From contig JAYUNN010000035.1 in NCBI GenBank assembly GCA_043761585.1, positions 32,706 through 96,705 of the forward strand: DNA of 64,000 bases, written 5' to 3'. The translations under genes were made by a program, and so were the position numbers. Below, one piece after another: positions 18,740-28,050 of this stretch (the first letter of the stretch is position 1; each line of letters opens with the position of its first letter). The notes beneath the pieces are model-generated. The model searched no databases and was not told the origin of the DNA. It was given only the letters and a program-made list of their open reading frames with translations. Origin of the DNA: a bacterium. GTDB taxonomy: Bacteria; Patescibacteriota; JACMRA01; JAYUNN01.

Positions 18740-18920
18740 ATTTTGTGTTTTTTATAATTTTTTGTATCAATACATAGTGTATTTTATAAAACATTTTTAG
18801 ACAAGAATATTATTAAAGGTTTTAAATTTGATTGCTATACTCCGCTTAAAACTAAGGTGGATGACAATCACACGCCATAAAAATCTATCGCTACTAGATA
18901 TAACCAATAAGTATTAAAAT

Positions 18921-20330
18921 ATGAATATAAAAAATTTAACACATCAAATATTGGTCTTTTTAACAGAACAAATCCTAAAAAAATTTAAGCGGCAATATCT
19001 AAAATCTACTGAAAGTAAAATGAGCGTGATTTTAGTAGCTGGTAATATTGGTAAAAGCTCGCAAACACTCTTTTTAAGCCAAGCTTTTGAAAAAATAGGT
19101 TACAGTGTTTGGTCTGGTACCACTCAAAATAAAAATCGTAACACTTTAACTGGTTTGATAATAACACTGGGTGAATTCGAGTACAATTTAGAACAAGTTG
19201 GCTTGATCCCAAAAATTGGCTTCATTTTAAAAGCTATTCAAGTTTGGTTCTTTAAAAATTGGGATTTTAGCCCCAGACCAAATATTTTGATTTATGAAAT
19301 TGGTGTCGATCGATCAGGTGAAATGGCTGATTATATCCAGGTATTCGAACAAATTGATTGGGTTGTTATTAGCAATTTTGGTCCTGAGCACACGGTTGGC
19401 TTTCCAGAAGATTTTGACGATCGCAGTTTTGAGCTATCCAAAACAAATTTAGCTGATTTATACGATCTAAATCCCGAGTTTAATTTAAGTGTAAATTTGC
19501 CTGGAAAACTAATTTCAAACACTTTAAAAAATTGCTATCTCGAACAGTTAAAGCTACTCACAATCGCTAAAAATTATATTTTACCAGCCGATTTTGAATT
19601 ATCAGGTTTAGAGCTAATACTAAAACAAAATGGCAATCTTAAAGCCATAAAATTAGATCCTAGTCGGCAAAGTGATTACACTTTAATTTGTTCGGGTTTT
19701 CAGACTCCAATAAATTATTTGTTACCAAAAAGTTTTGCGAGACAAATGGTCATGACTCGCGTTTTAGCTCAAAATTTTGGCGGTACAGAGACTCAATTTC
19801 AACAGATTTTAGATACTTTAGTTTTACCAAACGGTCGTTTTGGTCTTTTTGACGGTATAAATCAATCTAAAATCGCAGATGGCAGCTATAATTCTGATCC
19901 AGCCAGCCTAGATTCATTTTTGGAGTTGCTCTTAGAGTTGCGACCAAAAAAGCTGAACTATCTAGTTTTAGGTGAGATGCGCGAACTCGGAAATGACACT
20001 ATCGAAGTCCACCAAAGAATCTTAACTAAGCTTGAGAGTATTTCAAAGCATCTTGAGATTAAAGTGCTTTTGCTTGGTGCGACCTGGCTTGATTGCGATC
20101 TAAGTCCGCTTAGTGAAATTACTCAACATTTCAATAAAGTTGGGGAAATTATAGCCGATTTTAAGTCAAAACCACCTCAAAATCATAGCTGGTTTTGGAT
20201 TAAAGGTTCACAAAATACTATATTTCTTGAAAGTTTAGTAGAGTCACTCCTAGAAAATCCAGTGGACGAGTCCAAATTAGCTCGGCGTGGACGCGACTGG
20301 GATTTGGTCCGCGATCAGTGGTGTCGGTAG
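18921..20330 (+). CDS. murF: Mur ligase, MurF-like (D-Ala-D-Ala adding enzyme), divergent
   Basis: P-loop VAGNIGKSSQT, plus DGSYNSDPASLDSFLELL, which corresponds to the MurF DDSYNANP motif. Confidence 0.6.
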   Translation: MNIKNLTHQILVFLTEQILKKFKRQYLKSTESKMSVILVAGNIGKSSQTLFLSQAFEKIGYSVWSGTTQNKNRNTLTGLIITLGEFEYNLEQVGLIPKIGFILKAIQVWFFKNWDFSPRPNILIYEIGVDRSGEMADYIQVFEQIDWVVISNFGPEHTVGFPEDFDDRSFELSKTNLADLYDLNPEFNLSVNLPGKLISNTLKNCYLEQLKLLTIAKNYILPADFELSGLELILKQNGNLKAIKLDPSRQSDYTLICSGFQTPINYLLPKSFARQMVMTRVLAQNFGGTETQFQQILDTLVLPNGRFGLFDGINQSKIADGSYNSDPASLDSFLELLLELRPKKLNYLVLGEMRELGNDTIEVHQRILTKLESISKHLEIKVLLLGATWLDCDLSPLSEITQHFNKVGEIIADFKSKPPQNHSWFWIKGSQNTIFLESLVESLLENPVDESKLARRGRDWDLVRDQWCR

Positions 20331-20460
20331 TTGGAAATTTAGACTCAAGGCATGATTTTATAGTCAAGATTCCCCAAAATAGTTTTAAAAATATTTTAAA
20401 TTCAAATACTAAATCTCCCTGAGACAAGATACTTTATCAAAAAGTAAATCGTGTAATTTT

Positions 20461-20585
20461 TACACTCCGTCCCACCATTTAAGCTCCTGAGCTCCACAAA
20501 TTCGCTTTGCTTATTTATTCTGAGTTCAAACAGTTGCGCAGTAATTACGTTTCAAACGAGGTGTTTTTTGTAGCAGTAGAAGCTT
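20461..20585 (+). repeat. intergenic element family X, copy
   Basis: Blocks tacactccgtcccacc, ctcctgagctccacaaattcgctttgc, gagttcaaacagttgcgcag and caaacgaggtgttttttgtagc. It starts 130 nt downstream of the murF stop. Confidence 0.6.
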
Positions 20586-20808
20586 TTAATATTTGGTATC
20601 GATATTAGAGTTTTAAAGGTTCTAACTTGTCATATCGCGCTACTATCATAATTTCTTAGGATCAAGAACGGTTAAAAAAATGTTTGACAAAAAACAGGAT
20701 ATACAACTTAAATTAGAAAACAGTTTTAGTGGTATGTTTGGTGCGGACTAAGAGGAATGCCCACAGTATTTAGCCAAAAATCACCCCAGTTTATAATAGT
20801 CTAAAAGT

Positions 20809-21381
20809 ATGAAAAACAACAAGAATCCAAAAAACCTAGATGGCATCGTAAAATCTGAAGATATTACAGCTAAAGATCAAACTTCAACCAATGCTGACAC
20901 TAAGAAAACAGCGAAGGTATCAAGTACAAAACTAGTTAAAAGCAAAAAAACTAATTTCTTAGGTCAGGTTTTCGCTGAACTTCGTAAAGTTGAGTGGCCA
21001 AGCTTTAAATATGTGGTCGGTTGGTCTGCTACAATTATCTTATTTACAGCTGTAATTGGCTCAGTTATAGGTTTTACGGATTATTATTTTGAGTCTGGAG
21101 TTAAATTCGTAGATTGTACGTCACCAAATGGTAGCAAAAATCAAGGCGTACAAGAGTGTGTCAAAGATTTAACCACTAGCTTGACGTTTCAAAAATATTT
21201 CAATCGTGATTTAGTAAATTCTGCTCCCGCAACTGCGAACCCAGCTCAGGAAGATGCCAATTCAGCAATCTCCCCTACACTGACTCAGCCGACCATCACT
21301 TCTGATCCTGCTGCCTTAACAGCACCACAAAATCCACAAGATAGCGCCCCAGCTGCTGAGCCTACCCCAAGTACTAAATAA
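20809..21381 (+). CDS. secE: preprotein translocase SecE with long N- and C-terminal extensions
   Basis: The core FLGQVFAELRKVEWPSFKYVVGWSATIILFTAVIGSVIGF matches the SecE TM/KV-WP motif, and the gene lies immediately upstream of nusG. Confidence 0.75.
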   Translation: MKNNKNPKNLDGIVKSEDITAKDQTSTNADTKKTAKVSSTKLVKSKKTNFLGQVFAELRKVEWPSFKYVVGWSATIILFTAVIGSVIGFTDYYFESGVKFVDCTSPNGSKNQGVQECVKDLTTSLTFQKYFNRDLVNSAPATANPAQEDANSAISPTLTQPTITSDPAALTAPQNPQDSAPAAEPTPSTK

Positions 21382-21403
21382 TAAATATAACTACAAATAA
21401 TTT

Positions 21404-21991
21404 ATGATGAAAAATACAGCTAGCAATGTCTACACCAAACCGACCTTTAGTGATCAACCTCATTGGTATGTTGTTCAGACATATGTAGGTTTTGAGGATG
21501 TAGTTAAAGGAAATTTAGAGCAAAAATTTGGTAATTTAGGTCAAATGGAAAGAGTCTTGGAGATGTATATTCCAACCATGACCATAACTTCCATCAAAAA
21601 TGGTAAACGCAAACAAAAGGAATTAAAAGTTTATCCTGGCTATTTGTATGTTCATTTGGTTTTGGATGAAGAATTAGCCTACACTATTCAAAGTACACAA
21701 TATGTAGCTAAGATTGCCGGAACTGGCGAATTTGCAGTGGCTCTAGATGATGGCTATGTCGAAAACTTAAAACTAAAACTCTTGAGTCAGGCTGAAGAAT
21801 CCAATCAAGTTCAAGCTGATCTCGATATTGGTGACTTTGTAAAAGTAGTGGAAGGGCCATTTAAAGATATGCAAGGTAAGATTTCTGGCTTCAGTGCCAC
21901 TAAAGACAGGGTAAGTCTTATGCTCAAGGTTTTTGAACGCGAAACAAACGTAGAACTCGATATCTTACAAATCGAAAAAGCCAATAAATAG
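21404..21991 (+). CDS. nusG: transcription termination/antitermination factor NusG
   Basis: NGN motif HWYVVQTYVGFE and KOW motif GDFVKVVEGPFKDMQGKISG. Confidence 0.9.
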   Translation: MMKNTASNVYTKPTFSDQPHWYVVQTYVGFEDVVKGNLEQKFGNLGQMERVLEMYIPTMTITSIKNGKRKQKELKVYPGYLYVHLVLDEELAYTIQSTQYVAKIAGTGEFAVALDDGYVENLKLKLLSQAEESNQVQADLDIGDFVKVVEGPFKDMQGKISGFSATKDRVSLMLKVFERETNVELDILQIEKANK

Positions 21992-22042
21992 TTTGTAAAA
22001 AACCCAAAGTTACACACTCAAATTATACTTTCCTAAGCTTAC

Positions 22043-23209
22043 TTAGGATCCGTTTGTATCACATTCACTACCAACGTTGCACACATAAATACGACTCGAA
22101 ATCCTCAAGTCTAAATAACTTATTTTACTCTCTTTTATATCTTTGCCAAGCTTGGTGGTTTGGATCATAGTATCTAGGCGATTTAAATTTTCATTTAAGG
22201 GAATATTTTGGGAATCCATAATTATCTTGGACTCATTTTCCGTAGTAAAAAACACGTCGGTGTCACGCTCAAACAAAGTTTTGATTTCTATCCTAACAAT
22301 TTTAAGTCCTCGCTCTTGAAGTTTTGGTAAAGCCTGATCAATGAAATATAAACGATTTAATTGATTGTTTTGGACCAAACTATCTGGCCTAAATTCAGAG
22401 AATACTTTTGTGAGGGCTTCAGAGTCTACATTTTTGTGATTGGCCGACACCATTACGATTTTTTCACGATCACCACCAAAATTTTTACCGATCACTTTTC
22501 CAGTGTGACTGATAAGATAATAATCTGAATTGATTTTCAAAGTAGTTAAAATTGGTTCGGTGCTAATGCTCAGATCTGCTCGATCTGGCCAATATCTACC
22601 ATCTAACTGGACTTTGGTGATACTTGGTTCTATTTCTCGGGCGGCAGCTGTAAGAGTTTGATTGTTTAAAAACCAAAAATGATTGTCAGGAATGACTACC
22701 AGAAGATTTTTTTGAGTAAAGTTTTGGACGATTTTTTGAGTCGTCAAGGGGTCGACATAAGAACCCGTTGTAAATTTAATATTGTAGTTTTTGACTAGAA
22801 AATCAGTGCTAAAAGTGGTCAAATAACAAGAATAACCAACTATCGAACTCACAAAAATATAAATTAACCAAGTTTGGGTTGCGCGACTAAAAACAAATTT
22901 TTTAATTAAATTTAGTAAATTAGTGCCACGCAGATTTATTTCCAAAAGTAATCGCCCAGATTTTATAAAATTATAACTATCTTTGACTCCTAAAGGTGTA
23001 AACCTAAACGCCAATTTTTTAATTAGATTTGAAATCCCAGGTCTTGGGACAAAATTTTGGTCTTTTTTTTGCAATCTGTCTTTAAAAGGCGTGCGACTCG
23101 GTAAGGCTTTTCGACTTACTCCAAAATAAACACTCTTACTATAAGTGGTTTTATTATCAGGTTTAGTGGCCTCTCTTGCTGGTTTAAATAAATTTTTGAA
23201 GCTTGTCAT
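22043..23209 (-). CDS. FtsQ/DivIB-like cell-division protein (TM plus POTRA-like region)
   Basis: Basic N-terminus, a single TM (WLIYIFVSSIVGYSCYL), then a pattern resembling POTRA/FtsQ (VKNYNIKFTTGSYVD...SITKVQLDGRYWPDRADLSISTEPIL). Confidence 0.45.
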   Translation of the reverse strand: MTSFKNLFKPAREATKPDNKTTYSKSVYFGVSRKALPSRTPFKDRLQKKDQNFVPRPGISNLIKKLAFRFTPLGVKDSYNFIKSGRLLLEINLRGTNLLNLIKKFVFSRATQTWLIYIFVSSIVGYSCYLTTFSTDFLVKNYNIKFTTGSYVDPLTTQKIVQNFTQKNLLVVIPDNHFWFLNNQTLTAAAREIEPSITKVQLDGRYWPDRADLSISTEPILTTLKINSDYYLISHTGKVIGKNFGGDREKIVMVSANHKNVDSEALTKVFSEFRPDSLVQNNQLNRLYFIDQALPKLQERGLKIVRIEIKTLFERDTDVFFTTENESKIIMDSQNIPLNENLNRLDTMIQTTKLGKDIKESKISYLDLRISSRIYVCNVGSECDTNGS

Positions 23210-23354
23210 GAGTTATATATTTATGACTAGCTTAGACAAATTTGTCTAGCTCATACTTAAAGTTTGGCGCTAATTGACATTTTAATAACCAAATGGTAAC
23301 GTCTTTTATAAAACTTACGCAATAAAAATCTAATTGCTTATTTATACTCATAAT

Positions 23355-24659
23355 ATGCTAAAATTGGAACTTGAAAAATTACGAGAATTGTTTCAAAAAA
23401 GCCCAGAGCATAACTTGGATTTAAAGCTTTTGCTGGACTCGAAAACCGAACTTAATAGAGTTAAAACTCAGATTTTATCGAGAAATCAAGGTTTTATTGA
23501 TCTTCCGAGCGATATTGCAAACTTAGACTTGATTACTGATTTTACGTCTAAAAATAGAGCTAAATACACTTCGATTGTTTTGATCGGTATCGGAGGATCC
23601 AGTTTGGGTCCAAAGTGCCTATTACAGGCTTTGGGTGATCAAAACTCGACCCCAGTACATATTCTTGACAATATCGATCCCGATGAAATTGCGACTGTTT
23701 CCGAGCATTTAGATTATAATGGTACGCTTTTTCTTATAATTACCAAATCGGGTACAACTCCTGAAACTATCGCAACTTACTTGCATTTTAAAGCCAAAGT
23801 CGCAGAACTCGGTTTGCTTGCCAATGAGCACTTTGTATTTATCACTGATCCAGGTGAAAACTACTTACAAGAAATTGCTAAATTGGAACATATTCCAGTG
23901 TTTGAGATCCCAGCTAATGTGGGTGGTCGTTTTTCAGTTTTATCCAGTGTGGGACTGGTTTTAGGGGGTTTTTTGGGTTTTGACCTCAAAGAGCTTTTAG
24001 CTGGAGCTGCCGCCATCAATCAAGATTTTTTGGCTGACACTAAGGCTGATAATCAAATTTGGCAATTAGCTAAAATTCAATTTGAGCTCGCGAAATTAGG
24101 TAAAAATATGGCTGTAATCATGCCATACTCTAGTCGTTTAAATAGTTTTGGTCATTGGTATACTCAACTTTTTAGTGAAAGCCTTGGTAAAGAATTTGAT
24201 CGAACTGGCAACTTGGTAAATGTTGGTATAACGCCCATCCCTGCAGTAGGTGCCACAGATCAGCACTCGCAGTTGCAGCTTTTTAAGGCTGGCCCAAATG
24301 ATAAATTGGTCATATTTATACAGGTTTTAGAATTTGACCACCAGATTTTTATTCCTAAAATTGAGCATCCTAGTTTAGCGTATTTGTCTGGTCAATCCCT
24401 TAATAATTTGATCCGCAGCGAATACCAAGCCACCAGCCAAAGCCTAACTGAATCAAATCGTGCAAACCTAACTATTACAATCCCAAAAGTAAATGCTTTT
24501 TATCTCGGTCAACTTTTTCAGTTCTTTGAACTAACGGTGGCTTGTTTGGGTGAGCTTTATGAAATAAACACCTTTGATCAGCCTGAGGTCGAGCGCGGCA
24601 AAATCCTAACCAAGCAAATTTTAGAAAACACGGCAGTACATAACCCACTAAATCCTTGA
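23355..24659 (+). CDS. pgi: glucose-6-phosphate isomerase
   Basis: Contains GIGGSSLGP, ITKSGTTPET and GGRFSVLS. The ATG at 23355 is preferred over the TTG at 23334. Confidence 0.85.
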   Translation: MLKLELEKLRELFQKSPEHNLDLKLLLDSKTELNRVKTQILSRNQGFIDLPSDIANLDLITDFTSKNRAKYTSIVLIGIGGSSLGPKCLLQALGDQNSTPVHILDNIDPDEIATVSEHLDYNGTLFLIITKSGTTPETIATYLHFKAKVAELGLLANEHFVFITDPGENYLQEIAKLEHIPVFEIPANVGGRFSVLSSVGLVLGGFLGFDLKELLAGAAAINQDFLADTKADNQIWQLAKIQFELAKLGKNMAVIMPYSSRLNSFGHWYTQLFSESLGKEFDRTGNLVNVGITPIPAVGATDQHSQLQLFKAGPNDKLVIFIQVLEFDHQIFIPKIEHPSLAYLSGQSLNNLIRSEYQATSQSLTESNRANLTITIPKVNAFYLGQLFQFFELTVACLGELYEINTFDQPEVERGKILTKQILENTAVHNPLNP

Positions 24660-24678
24660 CTAATAGTAGTTTAAGTTT

Positions 24679-25254
24679 TTGACTCAACTAATACTTGTGA
24701 CCTTTGAAGAATTTTACCAGCAAACTTTTAAGAATACTTTCCGTTTTTTCTACTACAGAGGCGTAAGTTTTGACCTGGTTGATGATTTGACTTCTGAGGT
24801 TTATATTCGTTTTTATCAAAAATATAGCCATAAACTAGATCAGATTCCTGATGGATTTACCGAATCTAAAAAAATCATTGGTGGTATCGCTAATCTTATT
24901 TTAAAAGAATCTTTTCGAGAGCAAACTAAATATAAAATTTTTGAATTACCTGAAGATGTCAGCGCTCAAGATTTATTTCAGTTTTATGAGTCAGACAGCT
25001 TTGAGACTGATTTTGAATCCAAACAACAACTACTATATCAAGCTTTATCGACTTTAAATCCGACTGTAAAACGTGTTTTAGAGCTGAAATATATCCAAGG
25101 TAAAACCAGAGCACAAATCGCTGAAACCATCAATATTTCTCAAGATATGGTCCACACTTATCAAAAAAGAGGTCTCAAATATCTCAAAGACAGATTAAAC
25201 GGATCTAATTTTCAAACTGATGAAGTTAAAGATTTAATAGAAAATTTTATATAA
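24679..25254 (+). CDS. ECF-type (sigma-70 family) RNA polymerase sigma factor
   Basis: Region 4 HTH is ELKYIQGKTRAQIAETINISQDMVHTYQKRGLKYLKD, with a region-2-like DLTSEVYIRFYQKY. The start is TTG or GTG. Confidence 0.8.
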   Translation: MTQLILVTFEEFYQQTFKNTFRFFYYRGVSFDLVDDLTSEVYIRFYQKYSHKLDQIPDGFTESKKIIGGIANLILKESFREQTKYKIFELPEDVSAQDLFQFYESDSFETDFESKQQLLYQALSTLNPTVKRVLELKYIQGKTRAQIAETINISQDMVHTYQKRGLKYLKDRLNGSNFQTDEVKDLIENFI

Positions 25255-25288
25255 ATTACTTAGCTGTGCCCCCTTACACATATAGCTT

Positions 25289-27772
25289 ATGAATATGGAT
25301 AAACAAGTTCAAGATTTTGAAGTAGAGAATATGCTAGAAAACTGGCAAAAAACCCCCCTTCAGCCTACGACTTGGCTAGCGGCTAAGGATCGAATTTGGT
25401 CAAAAATCTCAGCTAAAACCTTGAACCTGGACACTGATTCACAATTTTCAAATCTACAAAGTAAATCTCCTATGTCATCAGAAAATCCCCAAAGTGATCT
25501 AAGTACAATCCAAACTACTAGCTCTAATAAACTCAAAAATCCTAAACCGTGGTTTTTGCAACCCCTCAATCTATCACTAATTAGCTTAGCTATGATTTTG
25601 ATAATAGGTGGCGGTGCTGGATTAGTTTACTTAAATCAATCTAATCAAAAATTAAATGAGCAGCTGGCTTTGCGAAAAGAAATGAAAAACTCAAAAACTG
25701 CCCTAAACCCAATTTCTAAAACAGATTTAAGCTTAGATGAAATTCGTGGACTCGCCACCATCAAACTAAGCAACTACACCAATGGTGCCAGTTTGGATGA
25801 GATTCAAAGCTCATCGAGCAAAAATGTAGCCACGCAACCAAACACCACTGGCGGCTTAGGTGGCGCTGGAGCTCCTGTTGCAAACCCCACATCAATAAAA
25901 AAAGAAGTTCAGACTCCGACCTCAGAAGCTTTAGTCAAAGAAAAGGGGATAGTTGATAAAGTTGTGTACTATACGGAAAATTTGAATACTGAAACGAATG
26001 ATGGCATCGCGTTTCCCTTTTTGAAAAATGTGCCAGGCTTTGACATAAATAAACCCGTCAAAACTCAGTCATGGACATCAGCTAATTACTCCAAATATAT
26101 CACGAGTCAAGACGGTAAAATATTTTCTTACAATATCTACACACCTGAATATAGTGTCGATTTTAAAGGTGGAAAATATGCTGTTAAGGAAATCTTTGAT
26201 CAGAAATTGTTTTTGTCAGGTTTTTCTCAGGATGTTCCCAACACCGAACTAAGCTCGTTAAAATCAATTTTGAGCGACGCTTCTCTTAAAGACAGTGGTA
26301 GGCAAGATATTGATGGTAAAAACTACAAGGTTTTAGAGACGGATACAGCTAAGATGGCTACTGATCCAAATTCTAATGACAATAATATAACAACCACTAA
26401 ATACTATCTCGACACAGCTAAGCTGAGTGTATTTAGAGTCGAATATTACACTAATAAAATTTTAGTATCAAGTAGCACTCAAACCAACTATCAAGAATAC
26501 AAAGATCCGAATCTAAGCGAGCTTTTTGGCGTGTCAGACCTAGGTCAGACCGAGATCAAGACGGTCAAGCGTCCAGTTTATCAAGACAGTATCAACGACC
26601 TTTCTGATATTAGTAAAAAAATGGCTCTATATGTACCTGCTAATGTCACCGAAAAGGAATTAAAAATGAGCTTCAGTGCTTATAATACTTCGTATTATGA
26701 CAGTTCAGAGATTGATCAGTTGACTAACACCAAAGATTTTGATCCAAGTTTGGATGACACCTATCTCAAAACTTCGCTAAATCCTGCGGTCGCCGAGTAC
26801 TATTTAAACAATTTTTTTAGCAGCGCGTATCGAAAACCAGTCATATCAGAAGAAGGTCTTAAAATCAAACTCCAGCGAAATCAAACCATCAAACTGGACG
26901 GTAAAGACACTGCCGCAGTTTACAAAGAGGTTTATTCCGAAGGTCAAGAAATCTTCTACCAACTTGAGTTTGAAAGTCCAGATGGGCTATGGTATAAGAT
27001 TAGCGAATATCCGTCTAATCTTCCAGTTGGTCAGGCACCAGTATTAGCCCAATCCAAAAACATCAAACTTACAAAACTAAGTTCTGATCTAGTAGATAAA
27101 ATCACCAACTTTCAAAAAGATAGAAGTGCTAGTTTTGCTGACATAGACTCTGAGTCCAAGCTAGAAGATATTTCTAAAAATATTCGAATTTTACCTGGAG
27201 ATCTAAGTAAAGACTATAAAATATCACTCTATATGGTTTCAAAATCTAGAAAAGTCGGCTCTGCTTCAAAGTGTGAGAAGTACTTGGATTCTGGTTATAG
27301 TTTAATTGGCTGTCTAATCGAGCAATACAATGGTTTTACACTAAATTTTTATGAAAAATATGATTCAAATATCGCCTTTAGTAGCACTGTTGGAGCAAAT
27401 TCAATAGGGCCAAAAGATTTGAATTTCAGCGTGCTCGATACCAAGTTTGAAAATTTAGACTTAGCTAAATATGCTAAGCTAATCACAGAAAATACACCGC
27501 TTTCGACTCAGAATACCAGCAGCAGTATTAGTGGCGATGAGAAGATTAAGGAATTTAACTATAATGATGGCTACACTAATATGACTATTTATTTCAGTGC
27601 CTATAAAGACAAGACTATCGTCATTTCCAGCTCATCTCTAGTTAGAGCTCAACTTTTAGATATACTAAAAAAATCTGATTTCGATCGGGATCTAAATGTT
27701 TTGCTAGCTCAAATCAAAGAGAGTAAGATGCCAATTTCGGATCCTAAACCAATTTTTGATTTAAATAAATAG
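25289..27772 (+). CDS. large single-pass membrane protein, candidate anti-sigma/sensor partner of the adjacent sigma factor
   Basis: It starts 35 nt after the sigma gene. A short cytoplasmic N-terminus and a TM (LSLISLAMILIIGGGAGLVYL) are followed by a ~700-aa extracytoplasmic region with no recognised motif. The function is inferred from position only. Confidence 0.55.
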   Translation: MNMDKQVQDFEVENMLENWQKTPLQPTTWLAAKDRIWSKISAKTLNLDTDSQFSNLQSKSPMSSENPQSDLSTIQTTSSNKLKNPKPWFLQPLNLSLISLAMILIIGGGAGLVYLNQSNQKLNEQLALRKEMKNSKTALNPISKTDLSLDEIRGLATIKLSNYTNGASLDEIQSSSSKNVATQPNTTGGLGGAGAPVANPTSIKKEVQTPTSEALVKEKGIVDKVVYYTENLNTETNDGIAFPFLKNVPGFDINKPVKTQSWTSANYSKYITSQDGKIFSYNIYTPEYSVDFKGGKYAVKEIFDQKLFLSGFSQDVPNTELSSLKSILSDASLKDSGRQDIDGKNYKVLETDTAKMATDPNSNDNNITTTKYYLDTAKLSVFRVEYYTNKILVSSSTQTNYQEYKDPNLSELFGVSDLGQTEIKTVKRPVYQDSINDLSDISKKMALYVPANVTEKELKMSFSAYNTSYYDSSEIDQLTNTKDFDPSLDDTYLKTSLNPAVAEYYLNNFFSSAYRKPVISEEGLKIKLQRNQTIKLDGKDTAAVYKEVYSEGQEIFYQLEFESPDGLWYKISEYPSNLPVGQAPVLAQSKNIKLTKLSSDLVDKITNFQKDRSASFADIDSESKLEDISKNIRILPGDLSKDYKISLYMVSKSRKVGSASKCEKYLDSGYSLIGCLIEQYNGFTLNFYEKYDSNIAFSSTVGANSIGPKDLNFSVLDTKFENLDLAKYAKLITENTPLSTQNTSSSISGDEKIKEFNYNDGYTNMTIYFSAYKDKTIVISSSSLVRAQLLDILKKSDFDRDLNVLLAQIKESKMPISDPKPIFDLNK

Positions 27773-27898
27773 TTTTGACTAAATTATAATCTTCAATTGC
27801 AATAAAAGCATGTCCATTTTAAAGTCTTGTTGCGGTACAAAATTTCTATCCCTTTAGGAGTATTTTGACTGCATTTAGCTTTTTAGAATGATTAGTTT

Positions 27899-27926
27899 GG
27901 CTCCTGCAAAAGGGAGCCTTTTATTT
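27899..27926 (+). terminator. rho-independent terminator
   Basis: Stem ggctcc/ggagcc with an 8-nt loop, followed by ttttattt. Confidence 0.65.
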
Positions 27927-28050
27927 AAAATAATTTAGTATAACCATTAAATATCTAGCAATTAACTACAAAATCAATAACTGTGCAAAACCTCACTTTT
28001 GAGCAAGCAATCTGATTACTTAAAAGATTTATCTCTAAAAACCCAAACTT

